DNA of 64,000 nt from the NCBI GenBank assembly GCA_903914945.1, contig CAIWQV010000015.1, forward strand, positions 10 through 64,009. The letters are read 5' to 3'. The notes below the pieces were generated by a model. The model was not told the DNA's origin and searched no databases. It saw only the letters and a list, made by a program, of their open reading frames with translations. A program made the translations under genes and the position numbers. Source of the stretch: an uncultured Methylophilaceae bacterium (lineage in GTDB: Bacteria; Pseudomonadota; Gammaproteobacteria; Burkholderiales; Methylophilaceae). Each line of letters opens with the position of its first letter. Position 1 is the stretch's first letter. Positions 9,541 to 19,549 of the stretch are shown one piece after another.

Positions 9541-10626
9541 TTACACATTAAACCTGAAATGCATCACATCTCCATCCTGAACAATATACTCTTTACCTTC
9601 CAGACGCATTTTCCCAGCCTCTTTAGATTTTTGCTCGCCATTGTAGGTAATAAAATCGTTATAAGAAATAACTTCTGCGCGAATAAAACCTTTTTCGAAG
9701 TCTGTATGAATAACACCAGCTGCCTCAGGAGCTGTTGCCCCTTTCTTGACAGTCCAAGCCCTGACTTCTTTCACACCAGCTGTGAAATAAGTTTGTAATC
9801 CCAATAATTCATATGCCGAACGGATTACTTTATTAAGGCCAGGCTCTTTTAAGCCAAGCTCGCTTAAAAATATTGCTTTATCTTCGTCTTCCAAATCTGC
9901 AATTTCAGCTTCAATTTTTGCACATATAGAAATCACAGGAAGATTATCTTTTTGAGCTACCGCTTTAAGTGAGTCAAGTATGGGGTTATTCGTAAACCCT
10001 GTTTCATTAACGTTAGCCACAAACATGACAGGTTTAACAGTAATCAAACAAAGCGGCTTTATAAGCTTAAGTTCATCTTGATCTAAATTTAAATTTTTAA
10101 CCAATTTTCCCTGGTCAAGATGACTTGCAATTTTTGTTAGAATTGAAACTAGTTGAATAGCTTCTTTATCTCCAGATTTTGCTTTTTTATTTTCACGTTG
10201 AATTGTTTTATCCACAGTCTCCATATCAGCCAAGATAAGCTCTGTGTTAATGACTTCAATATCAGAGAGGGGATCTACTTTGCCAGAAACATGAACAATG
10301 TTGTCATCTTGAAAGCAGCGAACTACATGAACGATAGCATCTGTTTCTCTAATATTAGCTAAGAATTTATTTCCAAGACCTTCGCCTTTAGATGCTCCAG
10401 CTACAAGCCCTGCAATATCTACAAACTCAACAATTGCTGGCTGTGTTTTTTCTGGGCTAACAATTGCTATGAGTTTTTCAATTCTAGGATCTGGTACCTC
10501 TACGATGCCTATATTGGGTTCAATAGTACAGAATGGATAATTTTCTGCTGCAATACTTGCTTTAGTAATCGCGTTGAATAGGGTTGATTTTCCAACGTTA
10601 GGTAGTCCGACAATGCCACATTTCAT
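9541..10626 (-). CDS. ychF: Ribosome-binding ATPase YchF
   Basis: [31 protein letters not shown] domain. Confidence 0.98.
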   Translation of the reverse strand: MKCGIVGLPNVGKSTLFNAITKASIAAENYPFCTIEPNIGIVEVPDPRIEKLIAIVSPEKTQPAIVEFVDIAGLVAGASKGEGLGNKFLANIRETDAIVHVVRCFQDDNIVHVSGKVDPLSDIEVINTELILADMETVDKTIQRENKKAKSGDKEAIQLVSILTKIASHLDQGKLVKNLNLDQDELKLIKPLCLITVKPVMFVANVNETGFTNNPILDSLKAVAQKDNLPVISICAKIEAEIADLEDEDKAIFLSELGLKEPGLNKVIRSAYELLGLQTYFTAGVKEVRAWTVKKGATAPEAAGVIHTDFEKGFIRAEVISYNDFITYNGEQKSKEAGKMRLEGKEYIVQDGDVMHFRFNV

Positions 10627-10638
10627 AATTTATTTTCT

Positions 10639-11214
10639 TTATTTGTTAGTGTGAAGATTGAGCATGGCTTTTTCAAATTGACCTGATGCAATTTCATTAA
10701 AAAGTTGACTGCTTGTTTCTAAAGATTCATCGATGAGATTTCTCTCTTTAGATGAAGGATTTTTTAGCACATAATCAACGACTAAATGCTTCTCTCCTGG
10801 ATGCCCAATACCAATTTTTAACCGCCAAAAATCTTGAGATCCAATTGATGCAAAAATACTTTTAAGCCCATTATGCCCGCCATGACTTCCGCCAAATTTG
10901 AGTTTGGCTTGACCGACGTCAATATCAAGATCGTCGTGAATAACTAAAATTTCATTTGGATTTATTTTATAAAACTTTGCAATTGCTGAAAGTGCTTTTC
11001 CACTATCATTCATGTAAGTGCTAGGCTTAGCAAAATAAATTTCATCCGCATTGGATGACTTTCCAATGCTTGAAAAAAACTTATCGCTATTTTTTAACTT
11101 GATATTATGTTGATGGGCAACGAGATCAATCCACCAAAAACCTGCATTGTGTCTAGTATCTGAATATTTTTCGCCAGGATTTCCAAGGCCTACAAATAAT
11201 TTAATTTGGTTCAT
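10639..11214 (-). CDS. pth: Peptidyl-tRNA hydrolase
   Basis: VGLGNPG, TRHNAGF, HDDLD and GHNGLKS motifs; ATG at 11214 chosen as start. Confidence 0.96.
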   Translation of the reverse strand: MNQIKLFVGLGNPGEKYSDTRHNAGFWWIDLVAHQHNIKLKNSDKFFSSIGKSSNADEIYFAKPSTYMNDSGKALSAIAKFYKINPNEILVIHDDLDIDVGQAKLKFGGSHGGHNGLKSIFASIGSQDFWRLKIGIGHPGEKHLVVDYVLKNPSSKERNLIDESLETSSQLFNEIASGQFEKAMLNLHTNK

Positions 11215-11217
11215 ATG

Positions 11218-11258
11218 AAAAATAAGGCGCACTTTTTTTAAATCAAGTGCGCCTTATT
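11218..11258 (-). terminator. Intrinsic terminator after rplY
   Basis: 14-bp inverted repeat AATAAGGCGCACTT/AAGTGCGCCTTATT running into a T-tract on the minus strand. Confidence 0.8.
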
Positions 11259-11273
11259 CATATCAAAGTTAAA

Positions 11274-11972
11274 TTACTTAGCTTTATCTGATTTAGCTTC
11301 ATCAGCTGAGGCTGCGCCTTCAGCTGGCTTAGCACCATCAGCTGCTGGAGCGGCTGCATCAGCTGCACCTTCAACTGGTTTAGCTATAACTTCTTCAACC
11401 ACTGCTCTTGGTTTAGCTACAGATGCAACTGCCGCATCATTGCCATGGGAGAGCTGAACGAATTCAACACCTTCAACCACTTTAATTTGTGATAAGTGAA
11501 TTGATTGGCCAATATCAAGCGCTGCCAAATCAACCTCAATAAATTCAGGAAGATTTTTTGGTAAGCAGGAGATATTTGCTTCAGTCATGATATGAGCTAC
11601 GATACCGCCGTTAAGTTTGACGCCTGGTGATACTTCGGCATTAACGAAGTGGAATGGAACTTTCACATGAATTTTTTCGTTTTCATTGACGCGTTGAAAA
11701 TCAATATGCTGAATTGTGTTTCTTACAGGATGCATTTGATAATCTCTTAATAAAACAGACTCTTTGCTGCCTTCCAGATTAAGCGTCAAGATAGAAGCAT
11801 GAAATGCTTCGTGTCTAAATTGCAAAAATAAAGATTTGTGCTCTAGGTCGAGTGAGACTGGGTCCTTGCCTCCACCATATAAGATTCCAGGAATACTTCC
11901 AGCGTGGCGAAGACGGCGGCTCGCACCCGTACCTTTCACATCACGTTTTGTTGCGTTAATTTCGATTTTCAT
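11274..11972 (-). CDS. rplY: 50S ribosomal protein bL25 (long CTC type)
   Basis: GTGASRRLR, IPGILYG and HIDFQR motifs; Ala-rich tail; prs-rplY-pth synteny. Confidence 0.96.
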   Translation of the reverse strand: MKIEINATKRDVKGTGASRRLRHAGSIPGILYGGGKDPVSLDLEHKSLFLQFRHEAFHASILTLNLEGSKESVLLRDYQMHPVRNTIQHIDFQRVNENEKIHVKVPFHFVNAEVSPGVKLNGGIVAHIMTEANISCLPKNLPEFIEVDLAALDIGQSIHLSQIKVVEGVEFVQLSHGNDAAVASVAKPRAVVEEVIAKPVEGAADAAAPAADGAKPAEGAASADEAKSDKAK

Positions 11973-11993
11973 TTACTACTCCTTAGTTTAAAT

Positions 11994-12041
11994 CTGCATT
12001 CCGCGACCAGACTGCAGCAGTTTATTGGTCAACATGACCAA
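11994..12041 (-). promoter_or_regulatory. Putative structured rplY (L25) leader
   Basis: Minus-strand hairpins TTGGTC-atgtt-GACCAA and CTGCA-gtctGGTCGCgga-aTGCAG upstream of SD AAGGAG. Confidence 0.5.
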
Positions 12042-12046
12042 ATTCT

Positions 12047-12997
12047 TTATTCCATAAAAAGAGAACTTACGGAATCACCTTGGCTGATACGACGAATCGT
12101 TTCTGCTAAGAGCTCAGCAACACTAAGTTGCCTAATTTTTTTACATGCCATTGCTGCTTCATTAAGCGGAATGGTATTTGTTACAACTAACTCGTCTAGT
12201 TCAGATTCGTTAATAATTTTTGTTGCATCTCCAGAGAGAATTGGGTGAGTTGCATATGCAACCACTTTTTTAGCACCCTTATTTTTTAAAGCTGCTGCGG
12301 CTTCACAAAGCGTGTTTGCAGTATCGACCATGTCATCAATAATTACGCAGGTTCTATTTTCCACTTCACCAATAATATTCATCACTTTAGACACATTTGG
12401 TTTTGGCCTTCGCTTATCTATGATTGCAAGATCTGACCCTAATTGTTTAGCGCACGCTCTTGCCCTCACGACGCCACCAACATCTGGAGATACCACTACA
12501 AGATTTTTATGATTTTGCTCAAGCAAATCCTTAAGAAGCACTGGTGTTGCATATATATTATCTACAGGGATATCAAAAAATCCCTGAATTTGATCAGAGT
12601 GAAGATCCATAGTGAGCAATCTATTTACCCCAACACTTGTAAGCATATTTGCTACAACTTTAGCCGTAATTGCAACCCGCGCTGACCTTGGTCTTCTGTC
12701 TTGTCTTGAGTAGCCAAGATAAGGGATAGCCGCAGTTATTCTTGAGGCAGACGATCTTCTTAATGCATCCACAATCACCATAATTTCCATTAAATTATCG
12801 TTAGTTGGATGGCTTGTAGATTGAAGAACAAATACATCCCTGCCACGAACATTCTCTAATAGCTCAACCATGATTTCTCCATCGCTGAAACGACCCACAT
12901 CAGCGCGGCCAAGGTGAATGCCTAAACTCCCAGCAACTTGCTCAGCAAGAAGAGGGTTGGCATTGCCTGTGAATATCATGACGCTATTATTATCCAA
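12047..12997 (-). CDS. prs: Ribose-phosphate pyrophosphokinase
   Basis: [22 protein letters not shown] and [11 protein letters not shown] motifs; TTG start. Confidence 0.97.
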   Translation of the reverse strand: MDNNSVMIFTGNANPLLAEQVAGSLGIHLGRADVGRFSDGEIMVELLENVRGRDVFVLQSTSHPTNDNLMEIMVIVDALRRSSASRITAAIPYLGYSRQDRRPRSARVAITAKVVANMLTSVGVNRLLTMDLHSDQIQGFFDIPVDNIYATPVLLKDLLEQNHKNLVVVSPDVGGVVRARACAKQLGSDLAIIDKRRPKPNVSKVMNIIGEVENRTCVIIDDMVDTANTLCEAAAALKNKGAKKVVAYATHPILSGDATKIINESELDELVVTNTIPLNEAAMACKKIRQLSVAELLAETIRRISQGDSVSSLFME

Positions 12998-13034
12998 AGT
13001 CTCAGTCCTAGTTATGAATGGTCAGTCTGTAAAA

Positions 13035-13111
13035 TGGCAGGGGAGGAAGGATTCGAACCTTCGCATGCTGGAATCAAAATCCAGTGCCTTAACCAGCTTG
13101 GCGACTCCCCT
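13035..13111 (-). tRNA. tRNA-Gln (TTG)
   Basis: Cloverleaf with AGGGGAG/CTCCCCT acceptor stem, CTGGA-TTTTGAT-TCCAG anticodon arm, GGTTCGAATCC and CCA; typical ispE-tRNAGln-prs position. Confidence 0.97.
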
Positions 13112-13115
13112 ATTA

Positions 13116-13997
13116 TTATTCTGTGCCCAGCATTAAGTTAAAATGAGGGTGATTATTTAATCCTTTAACTACAAAGCCTAGTGTATGTTCTGGCTTTCTC
13201 TCTATTAATTTAGCGCCTTCATCTGCCGAACTTAGAGGGATAAAAAAACATGATCCCGAACCCGTCATTTTTGCGTGGCCAAACTGTTTTAGCCAGTCAA
13301 AAACAAGGTCAATTCCTTTAAATTTTTTTAAGACCCCTTTTTCCAAATCATTGACCAAATTGCTAGGGTCTAATTCACTGGAAAAGCCTGCTATTTTCAA
13401 TGGAATCCGGTCTTTTGTCAATTCAAGTGACTTAAAAACCTCTCTCGTAGAAACTGTCTCCTTAGGGGCTATGACAAGGTAATCTTGGGGCAGGGTCGAG
13501 AAGGGGGTAAGCTTTTCACCCACACCTTCAGCCCAGGCATTTTGACCAAAAATAAAGAATGGAACGTCGGCACCCAACTTAAGGGCTAATCCTTGTAATT
13601 CCTGTTGGGTCAATTTGCATTGCCATAAGGCGTTGAGAGCAATAAGTGTTGTTGCAGCATCTGAGCTTCCACCCCCAAGGCCCCCGCCCATAGGGATAGT
13701 TTTTTTGACGAAGATATCTGCGCCAGAGTGGCTGTCTGTGAATGGTTTTAATAAGAGAGCTGCTTTAATACTTAAATCATTACTTTCTTGAATATCGGTA
13801 TGCTCAGAAGTGCGACGGATCACTCCAGACCTATTTGTTCTAATAAAAATATTGTCATAAAGATCGATGAGCTGAAAGACCGTTTGAATATTGTGATAAC
13901 CATCAGCCCTTTTATTTAATACATGAAGAAATAAATTTAATTTAGCTGGAGCTAAAAATTCTTGATACCCATTTTCTTTAAGTCTATTTGCCTGCAA
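13116..13997 (-). CDS. ispE: 4-diphosphocytidyl-2-C-methyl-D-erythritol kinase
   Basis: APAKLNLFL, PMGGGLGGGSSDAA, LGADVPFF and MTGSGS motifs; start re-placed at TTG 13997 (uncertain). Confidence 0.94.
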   Translation of the reverse strand: MQANRLKENGYQEFLAPAKLNLFLHVLNKRADGYHNIQTVFQLIDLYDNIFIRTNRSGVIRRTSEHTDIQESNDLSIKAALLLKPFTDSHSGADIFVKKTIPMGGGLGGGSSDAATTLIALNALWQCKLTQQELQGLALKLGADVPFFIFGQNAWAEGVGEKLTPFSTLPQDYLVIAPKETVSTREVFKSLELTKDRIPLKIAGFSSELDPSNLVNDLEKGVLKKFKGIDLVFDWLKQFGHAKMTGSGSCFFIPLSSADEGAKLIERKPEHTLGFVVKGLNNHPHFNLMLGTE

Positions 13998-14601
13998 TGT
14001 TAATAATCTCTTCCACAATAAAATTAAAACTAAATTTACCTTGGGTGATTGATATTTTAGAAGGAATGGCAAAGCCACCCTGAGTTTTGAAAGCAGTAAT
14101 TAAGATATTCCATTCATCATTGTAAAAATGATTTGTACGGTTAGGTTGGTTTTCATCTTTTTGCATATTTTTAATTCGATCAGCATTATTTGTAATCAGA
14201 TATCTAAAGAGATCAGGTGAAATATTCTTACCAAATAAAGATTGTATGTAATGATCAAAGTCTTCACCCGATAAAACTTTGCCGTTTGCATCGATGATGC
14301 GCTTGTCATTAGAAGAATAAATTATTTTTGCGACTTGATTATTAAATGGCGAAAAGATATCAATCTCATCCTGATTATTTTCATAGCGCCAAATTAGACG
14401 CCCTGAAGCGCCTTTAGAATCTAGCGAATAAGAAAATTTAGCTTTTATGGAAAATTGGTTGATAGAACGACTTTCGTCAATCACCTGGGAGGTTTCAATG
14501 ACAAGTGAATGATTTTTAAATATTTCAAATGGATCATTCAATGTTGCGCAGCCCGAAAGAAAAAGTGCTGCCACATACATAGGGATGTTAATAAAATTCA
14601 A
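13984..14601 (-). CDS. lolB: Outer-membrane lipoprotein insertase LolB (divergent)
   Basis: Lipobox LSGC; located between the TPR gene and ispE. Confidence 0.75.
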   Translation of the reverse strand: MNFINIPMYVAALFLSGCATLNDPFEIFKNHSLVIETSQVIDESRSINQFSIKAKFSYSLDSKGASGRLIWRYENNQDEIDIFSPFNNQVAKIIYSSNDKRIIDANGKVLSGEDFDHYIQSLFGKNISPDLFRYLITNNADRIKNMQKDENQPNRTNHFYNDEWNILITAFKTQGGFAIPSKISITQGKFSFNFIVEEIINIAGK

Positions 14602-14623
14602 TTGAATAAAAGCTTCTTAAGAA

Positions 14624-16294
14624 TTAATGAAGTCTTTTAAATGCTTCTTTAAGAACTTCATTGTCTGGAAATGATTGGAGTGACAATTCTAAAACATCAT
14701 TGGCTTCTTTTTTCTTACCTTGAGCCCATAAAATTTCGCCAAGGTGTGCAGCGATCTCTGGGTCTGGCTGAACATCATAAGCTTTTTGTATGAAAGAAAG
14801 AGCTGACTCTAATTTGCCGAGCCTAAAATATAACCAACCCATGCTATCTAAGATGTAATGATTATTTGGAGAGATTGACAAGGCAAGTTCAATATATTTT
14901 TTAGCGTCTTCTAAATTAATATTTCTATCAGCAAAAGAATAACCGAGTGCGTTGTAAGCCACAGCGTAATCAGGCCTAATCTTAATTGCCTCTCTTAAGA
15001 GCTTTTCCATCAAGTCATATTTACTTAATTTGTCTGCAAGGAGTGCATAGTCAAATTTAAATTCAGGTGACTGAGCAAAGTTAGGCGCTTCATTCTGCAG
15101 GAGCTGGAACGCTTCTTGATGACGGTTTGAGCGCGTGAGTAAAGATGTTTTTAATTGGACGATGCTCAATTTTTCATCCTGTGAATCAGATTTTAACGTG
15201 CTTAAAAATACTAGTGCTTTATCGATAGATTCTTTTTTTGCAATGATTTCTGCTGCGATTAATTTTGATTCAATGAAATGATTTCCGTCACCTACTTTAT
15301 TGAGCCAAGTAATCGCTGCATCTCCTTGATTTTTTTTGTCTGAAATCTTTGCAAGATAAATAAAGATTTGATCCTTATCTTTTGGATTTTTTTTAAGGCT
15401 TTGTAAAAAATACTTTTCGGCAAGGTCATAGTCTTCAAGTTCAACTGATAATAAGGCTACAGCAAGGGTAATCTCTGCCGAACTATTTGAGGCGCTGACA
15501 AGTTTTATAAATTCATTTTTTGCCTCATTAAATTTGCGGCCATTTGTAAGTAACTTTGCAAATTCAAGTCTTACATCGTTTGATTTTGGATATTTACTTA
15601 AGAAGTCGCTATAGAAATTAAGGGCTTTTTCAGGACTTTCTTTGGCTAATATTTGTCCTTTAAATAAGGCAGGCATTTCCCAATCTGGCTTTATTTGATT
15701 AATAGTAGCCAATTCCTTTTCATAAACTTTTTGATCCTTACCAACCCAAGCTGCATGGGCAATCGCAAAATGCGCTTCGGCTAATTTGGGGTAAGGCTGA
15801 GCAAGATCGGTTACTAAAATTAATACAGCTTTTTTATCTGACACATGCGAAAGCATGCTGTTTAGGTATAAAAAGCCACTTGCCCTTGTTTTTTCTTTGA
15901 GGAGCAATTTTTGTAAAATTGGCTTTGCTTCATTAAGCTTATTGTTAGCTATAAGTATTTCGCTTAATGCTTGTTGGGCATCGATAGAGTCTTTGTTAAG
16001 CTCATTCCATACCTTAGAAGCTTCCAAAGCTATAGTGCCATTCCTTGTGAAACCTGTGAGTCTTGTGGCGCGTTCAGCTAAAAGAGCACTATCAGTTTGC
16101 TTAGCCAAGTCCAAAAAGAGTTCGCTTGCAAGATTTAGCTCACCTCGTTGAGAGGCGATTTCAGCTAATAAGAGCCTAAAAACAAGATCAGGATTGGTAT
16201 AATTATCAGCATTACTTGACGGGTCAGGCTTTGCGTTAGCTAAAATACTGAATAAGAGAAAAGTAATAAGTGTTAATTTTCGAAACAGACGCAT
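14624..16294 (-). CDS. Periplasmic TPR-repeat protein
   Basis: Signal peptide, LLLAEIASQRG, NALGYSFAD, ILDSMGW and PEIAAHLGE motifs; conserved neighbour of lolB. Confidence 0.88.
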   Translation of the reverse strand: MRLFRKLTLITFLLFSILANAKPDPSSNADNYTNPDLVFRLLLAEIASQRGELNLASELFLDLAKQTDSALLAERATRLTGFTRNGTIALEASKVWNELNKDSIDAQQALSEILIANNKLNEAKPILQKLLLKEKTRASGFLYLNSMLSHVSDKKAVLILVTDLAQPYPKLAEAHFAIAHAAWVGKDQKVYEKELATINQIKPDWEMPALFKGQILAKESPEKALNFYSDFLSKYPKSNDVRLEFAKLLTNGRKFNEAKNEFIKLVSASNSSAEITLAVALLSVELEDYDLAEKYFLQSLKKNPKDKDQIFIYLAKISDKKNQGDAAITWLNKVGDGNHFIESKLIAAEIIAKKESIDKALVFLSTLKSDSQDEKLSIVQLKTSLLTRSNRHQEAFQLLQNEAPNFAQSPEFKFDYALLADKLSKYDLMEKLLREAIKIRPDYAVAYNALGYSFADRNINLEDAKKYIELALSISPNNHYILDSMGWLYFRLGKLESALSFIQKAYDVQPDPEIAAHLGEILWAQGKKKEANDVLELSLQSFPDNEVLKEAFKRLH

Positions 16295-16448
16295 AAAGAT
16301 TCCTGAGATTTGATTTCTACAATAGTTTAAACTAATTTGACTAATAATTTAGCCGAGAGCAATCATCCAGTGCCTAATAAAGCAAAACAAGATTTTTAAT
16401 ATGTATAATCTATGATTCATTTTTTCAATAAAAATTCAAAAAACATCT

Positions 16449-17381
16449 ATGTCAAATTTAACCTTAGAAGCTATTGAGCTTACCCGCCTTTTTGGGGGCC
16501 GCGAGGCTGTTAAAAATGTAAGTTTTCATCTAGAAAAAGGCGAGGTTTTAGGTTTTTTGGGACCTAATGGCGCTGGTAAATCGACCACGATGCGCATGCT
16601 TACAGGAAATTTAGCCCCTTCGATCGGCACTGTAAAAATTTGTGGTATTGATATCATTGAAAATCCCAAGGAAGCCAAAGCATTGATAGGGTATTTACCT
16701 GAAATGCGTCCTATATATAAAGAGCTGACAGTAGATGAATTTTTAACCATTGCCGCTCGGCTTCACAGGGTTCCAAGCAAGCAAATTAAAAAAGCCGTAG
16801 AAATTGCGAAAGAAAAATGCGGATTAAGCCATATGAGTAAGCGATTAATTGAAAACTTATCTAATGGTTATCAGCAACGTGTAGCAATCGCTCAAGCTAT
16901 TATTCATAATCCATTGGTTGTGATTCTCGATGAGCCTACAGTAGGACTCGATCCGATTCAAATTAGAGAAATTAGATCCCTTATTCGGGAAATAGGCCAA
17001 AAACACAGTGTAATTTTATCGACACATATCCTTCCAGAAGTCGAAATGGTTTGTGACCGTGTTCAAATTATTGATAAAGGTAATTTAGTATTTCATGGGT
17101 CAATTGATGAATTAAAACAACATCGACAAGGCAATAAGTTAATGGTGGGCTTTTCAAAAGCACCCACTATTTCAACACTTAAAGATATCGAAGGCGTTAT
17201 TAAAGTTGAAAAGGCAGAAGATCGTATGTATCGCATTCACTTTAAAGATAAGCAATCCCCATCAGAGGCTATCATAAAGTTATCGGTAAAAAATCGCTGG
17301 GGCCTTTTTCAAATAGCTCCTGATCAAACCAGCCTTGAAGATGTCTTTGTTCAGTTAACTGAAAAGAAACAAAAAAATTAA
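16449..17381 (+). CDS. ABC-2 type ATP-binding protein (GldA-like)
   Basis: Walker A GPNGAGKST, signature LSNGY, ILDEPT, STH. Confidence 0.9.
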   Translation: MSNLTLEAIELTRLFGGREAVKNVSFHLEKGEVLGFLGPNGAGKSTTMRMLTGNLAPSIGTVKICGIDIIENPKEAKALIGYLPEMRPIYKELTVDEFLTIAARLHRVPSKQIKKAVEIAKEKCGLSHMSKRLIENLSNGYQQRVAIAQAIIHNPLVVILDEPTVGLDPIQIREIRSLIREIGQKHSVILSTHILPEVEMVCDRVQIIDKGNLVFHGSIDELKQHRQGNKLMVGFSKAPTISTLKDIEGVIKVEKAEDRMYRIHFKDKQSPSEAIIKLSVKNRWGLFQIAPDQTSLEDVFVQLTEKKQKN

Positions 17382-17404
17382 ATGAATGTGAGTGAGTACT
17401 AAAT

Positions 17405-18151
17405 ATGATTTTAAATATCGCAAGAAAAGAGCTTAAGAGTTTATTTGCTTCACCAATGGGATGGACTATATTGGCCCTTCTTATGGCTTTGCTTGGGAAT
17501 TTTTATCTCACCGGGGTAAATAAATATTTTGAAGTAATGTCAGGAGCCGTCCGGCCTGCAGAAAGAGTTGGGGTCACTATATTTGTGGGTCAGACAGTGT
17601 TCGGCATAGCTCGCTATATTATGCTTTTTGCCGTCCCTCTTTTGACAATGCGCCTTATTAGCGAAGAAAGACGTAATCAAACATTGCCATTTTTATTTAG
17701 CGCACCGATTTCGTTAACTGAAATCGTTTTAGGTAAATTTGTCGGTTTGATAATTTTTTTAAGTATTCTTATCGTTTATATTTTTACGATGCTCGTCACA
17801 CTTAATATTTGGTCGGATATAGATTTTGGATATCTATTAGCAAATTCATTTGGCCTTTGGCTTCTTTTAGGAAGCTTTTCTGCGTTAGGTATTTATTTTT
17901 CAAGCTTAACAAAGCAGCCTATTATTGCCGCCATCTTAAGTTTTATCTCATTATTTGCCTTAATTTTTCTTGAAAGCATGTTTGCAAGCGACCCTAATCA
18001 CTGGTTTGCATACATATCCTTAATGAAGCACTTTCAAAGCTTTTCAAGGGGAATGATTGATACCTCAGATTTAATATATTTCTTTTTGTTCATTTCAACA
18101 TTCTTGACATTAACTATAAGACGTCTTGATGCAGAAAGGCTTCGCGGATAA
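17405..18151 (+). CDS. ABC-2 permease (GldF-like)
   Basis: IARKELKSLFASP and PLLTMRLISEERR motifs; about 6 TM helices. Confidence 0.87.
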   Translation: MILNIARKELKSLFASPMGWTILALLMALLGNFYLTGVNKYFEVMSGAVRPAERVGVTIFVGQTVFGIARYIMLFAVPLLTMRLISEERRNQTLPFLFSAPISLTEIVLGKFVGLIIFLSILIVYIFTMLVTLNIWSDIDFGYLLANSFGLWLLLGSFSALGIYFSSLTKQPIIAAILSFISLFALIFLESMFASDPNHWFAYISLMKHFQSFSRGMIDTSDLIYFFLFISTFLTLTIRRLDAERLRG

Positions 18152-18154
18152 TTT

Positions 18155-19540
18155 ATGAAGGTTAATCCAAAATTAAGATTACAAATTCTCATACAAAATA
18201 GCTTTTTTGTAGTTCTATTCATTGTTTTAATATTTTTACTAGGCTTTCTTGCGAATCAATACAGGTTTTCTAAAGATATAACGCAAGCCAATAGAAATAC
18301 ATTAACTACCGGAAGTATTAATATATTAAAGCAAATGCAAGGTCCTATAACATTAACCGTCTTTGCTTCCGAAGATGACGTGAATAATGGAGATACATTT
18401 AGACAAGGCATCATTAATTTTATGATGCGTTATCAGAGAACAAAGCCTGATATCAATATTAAATTTATTAGCCCAATAAAAGAACCAAAATTAGCACAGG
18501 AAAATGGCATTAAAGAAGACGGCGAAGTTGTCGTTGAATATCAAAAAAGATCTGAACATATTAAACCTCCTTTTGCAGAACAAGAGATGACAAATCTCTT
18601 TATGCGTTTATCAAGAACAAACCAACAAGCGGTCATGTATTTAGATGGGCATGGCGAAAGAAATTTAATTGGACTTAAGAATAATGACGTAGGTGAATTT
18701 GGTAAGCAATTAGAATCAAAAGGGTTTAAATTTGCTAATTTAAATTTAGCTATAGAATCAGAAGTGCCTCTTAATGGCTCCATGCTGGTAATTGCAAGCC
18801 CACAAAAAATTATTTCACCTGTAGAAGTGAAAAAGATTAAAAAATTCCTAGAGTCAGGTGGAAACCTTCTTTGGCTTCTTGATGATAATAACTTTCATGG
18901 GTTAGATGAAATTGCTTCTTACCTTGGACTAAGCGTTTCAAGTGGGCAAGTGATAGATCCAACAGAAAAGGTGGAAGGAGTTAATGAAAATATTGCCTCT
19001 GCTTCCTCTTATGGCGAACACGCTATTACTAAAAACTTTATGCTAGGAACACGATTTTCTAATGTACATGAAGTGAATGCGAAAGGAACATTAGATAATG
19101 GTTGGGAAGTTAGTAAATTGATAGAGGTCTCTCCTAATGGATGGCTCGAGTCTTCGCAAGCAATCGCGAACCAAAAACCTACTTTCGATAAAAGTAAAGA
19201 TAAGCCAGGCCCAATTAACATAGCAGTCGCGCTTCAAAGAGCTTATGGGAAAAAGGGCCAAAGAATTGTAGTGGTAGGTAATGGCAATTTTTTATCTAAT
19301 ACATTTATTACAAATGGCGGCAATTTGGATCTTGGTATCAATATGATTAATTGGTTATCCGGCGATGACAATTTGATTTCTATACAGCCTATGCTGTTAA
19401 AGGATGTCAATGTCACTATTCCTAACGATAAAATGTCATTCATAATTGCATGGACCGTATTTCATACTTTTGAATACTTTATACCGATTGGTTTTTTTGT
19501 CTTAGGTATATTGTTCTGGTTTAAGCGAAGAAAAGCTTAG
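18155..19540 (+). CDS. GldG-like ABC auxiliary component
   Basis: N-terminal TM, GHGE motif, FLESGGNLLWL, RIVVVGN..F, N.INWL, C-terminal TM. Confidence 0.85.
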   Translation: MKVNPKLRLQILIQNSFFVVLFIVLIFLLGFLANQYRFSKDITQANRNTLTTGSINILKQMQGPITLTVFASEDDVNNGDTFRQGIINFMMRYQRTKPDINIKFISPIKEPKLAQENGIKEDGEVVVEYQKRSEHIKPPFAEQEMTNLFMRLSRTNQQAVMYLDGHGERNLIGLKNNDVGEFGKQLESKGFKFANLNLAIESEVPLNGSMLVIASPQKIISPVEVKKIKKFLESGGNLLWLLDDNNFHGLDEIASYLGLSVSSGQVIDPTEKVEGVNENIASASSYGEHAITKNFMLGTRFSNVHEVNAKGTLDNGWEVSKLIEVSPNGWLESSQAIANQKPTFDKSKDKPGPINIAVALQRAYGKKGQRIVVVGNGNFLSNTFITNGGNLDLGINMINWLSGDDNLISIQPMLLKDVNVTIPNDKMSFIIAWTVFHTFEYFIPIGFFVLGILFWFKRRKA

Positions 19541-19549
19541 TTTAAAAGT

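Noticed and set aside
11274-11400. Repetitive GCT/GCA-rich sequence
   Set aside because: Encodes the low-complexity Ala-rich tail of bL25; not a DNA repeat element
12918-13141. Short ORFs spanning tRNA-Gln
   Set aside because: Explained by the tRNA and the prs start on the opposite strand
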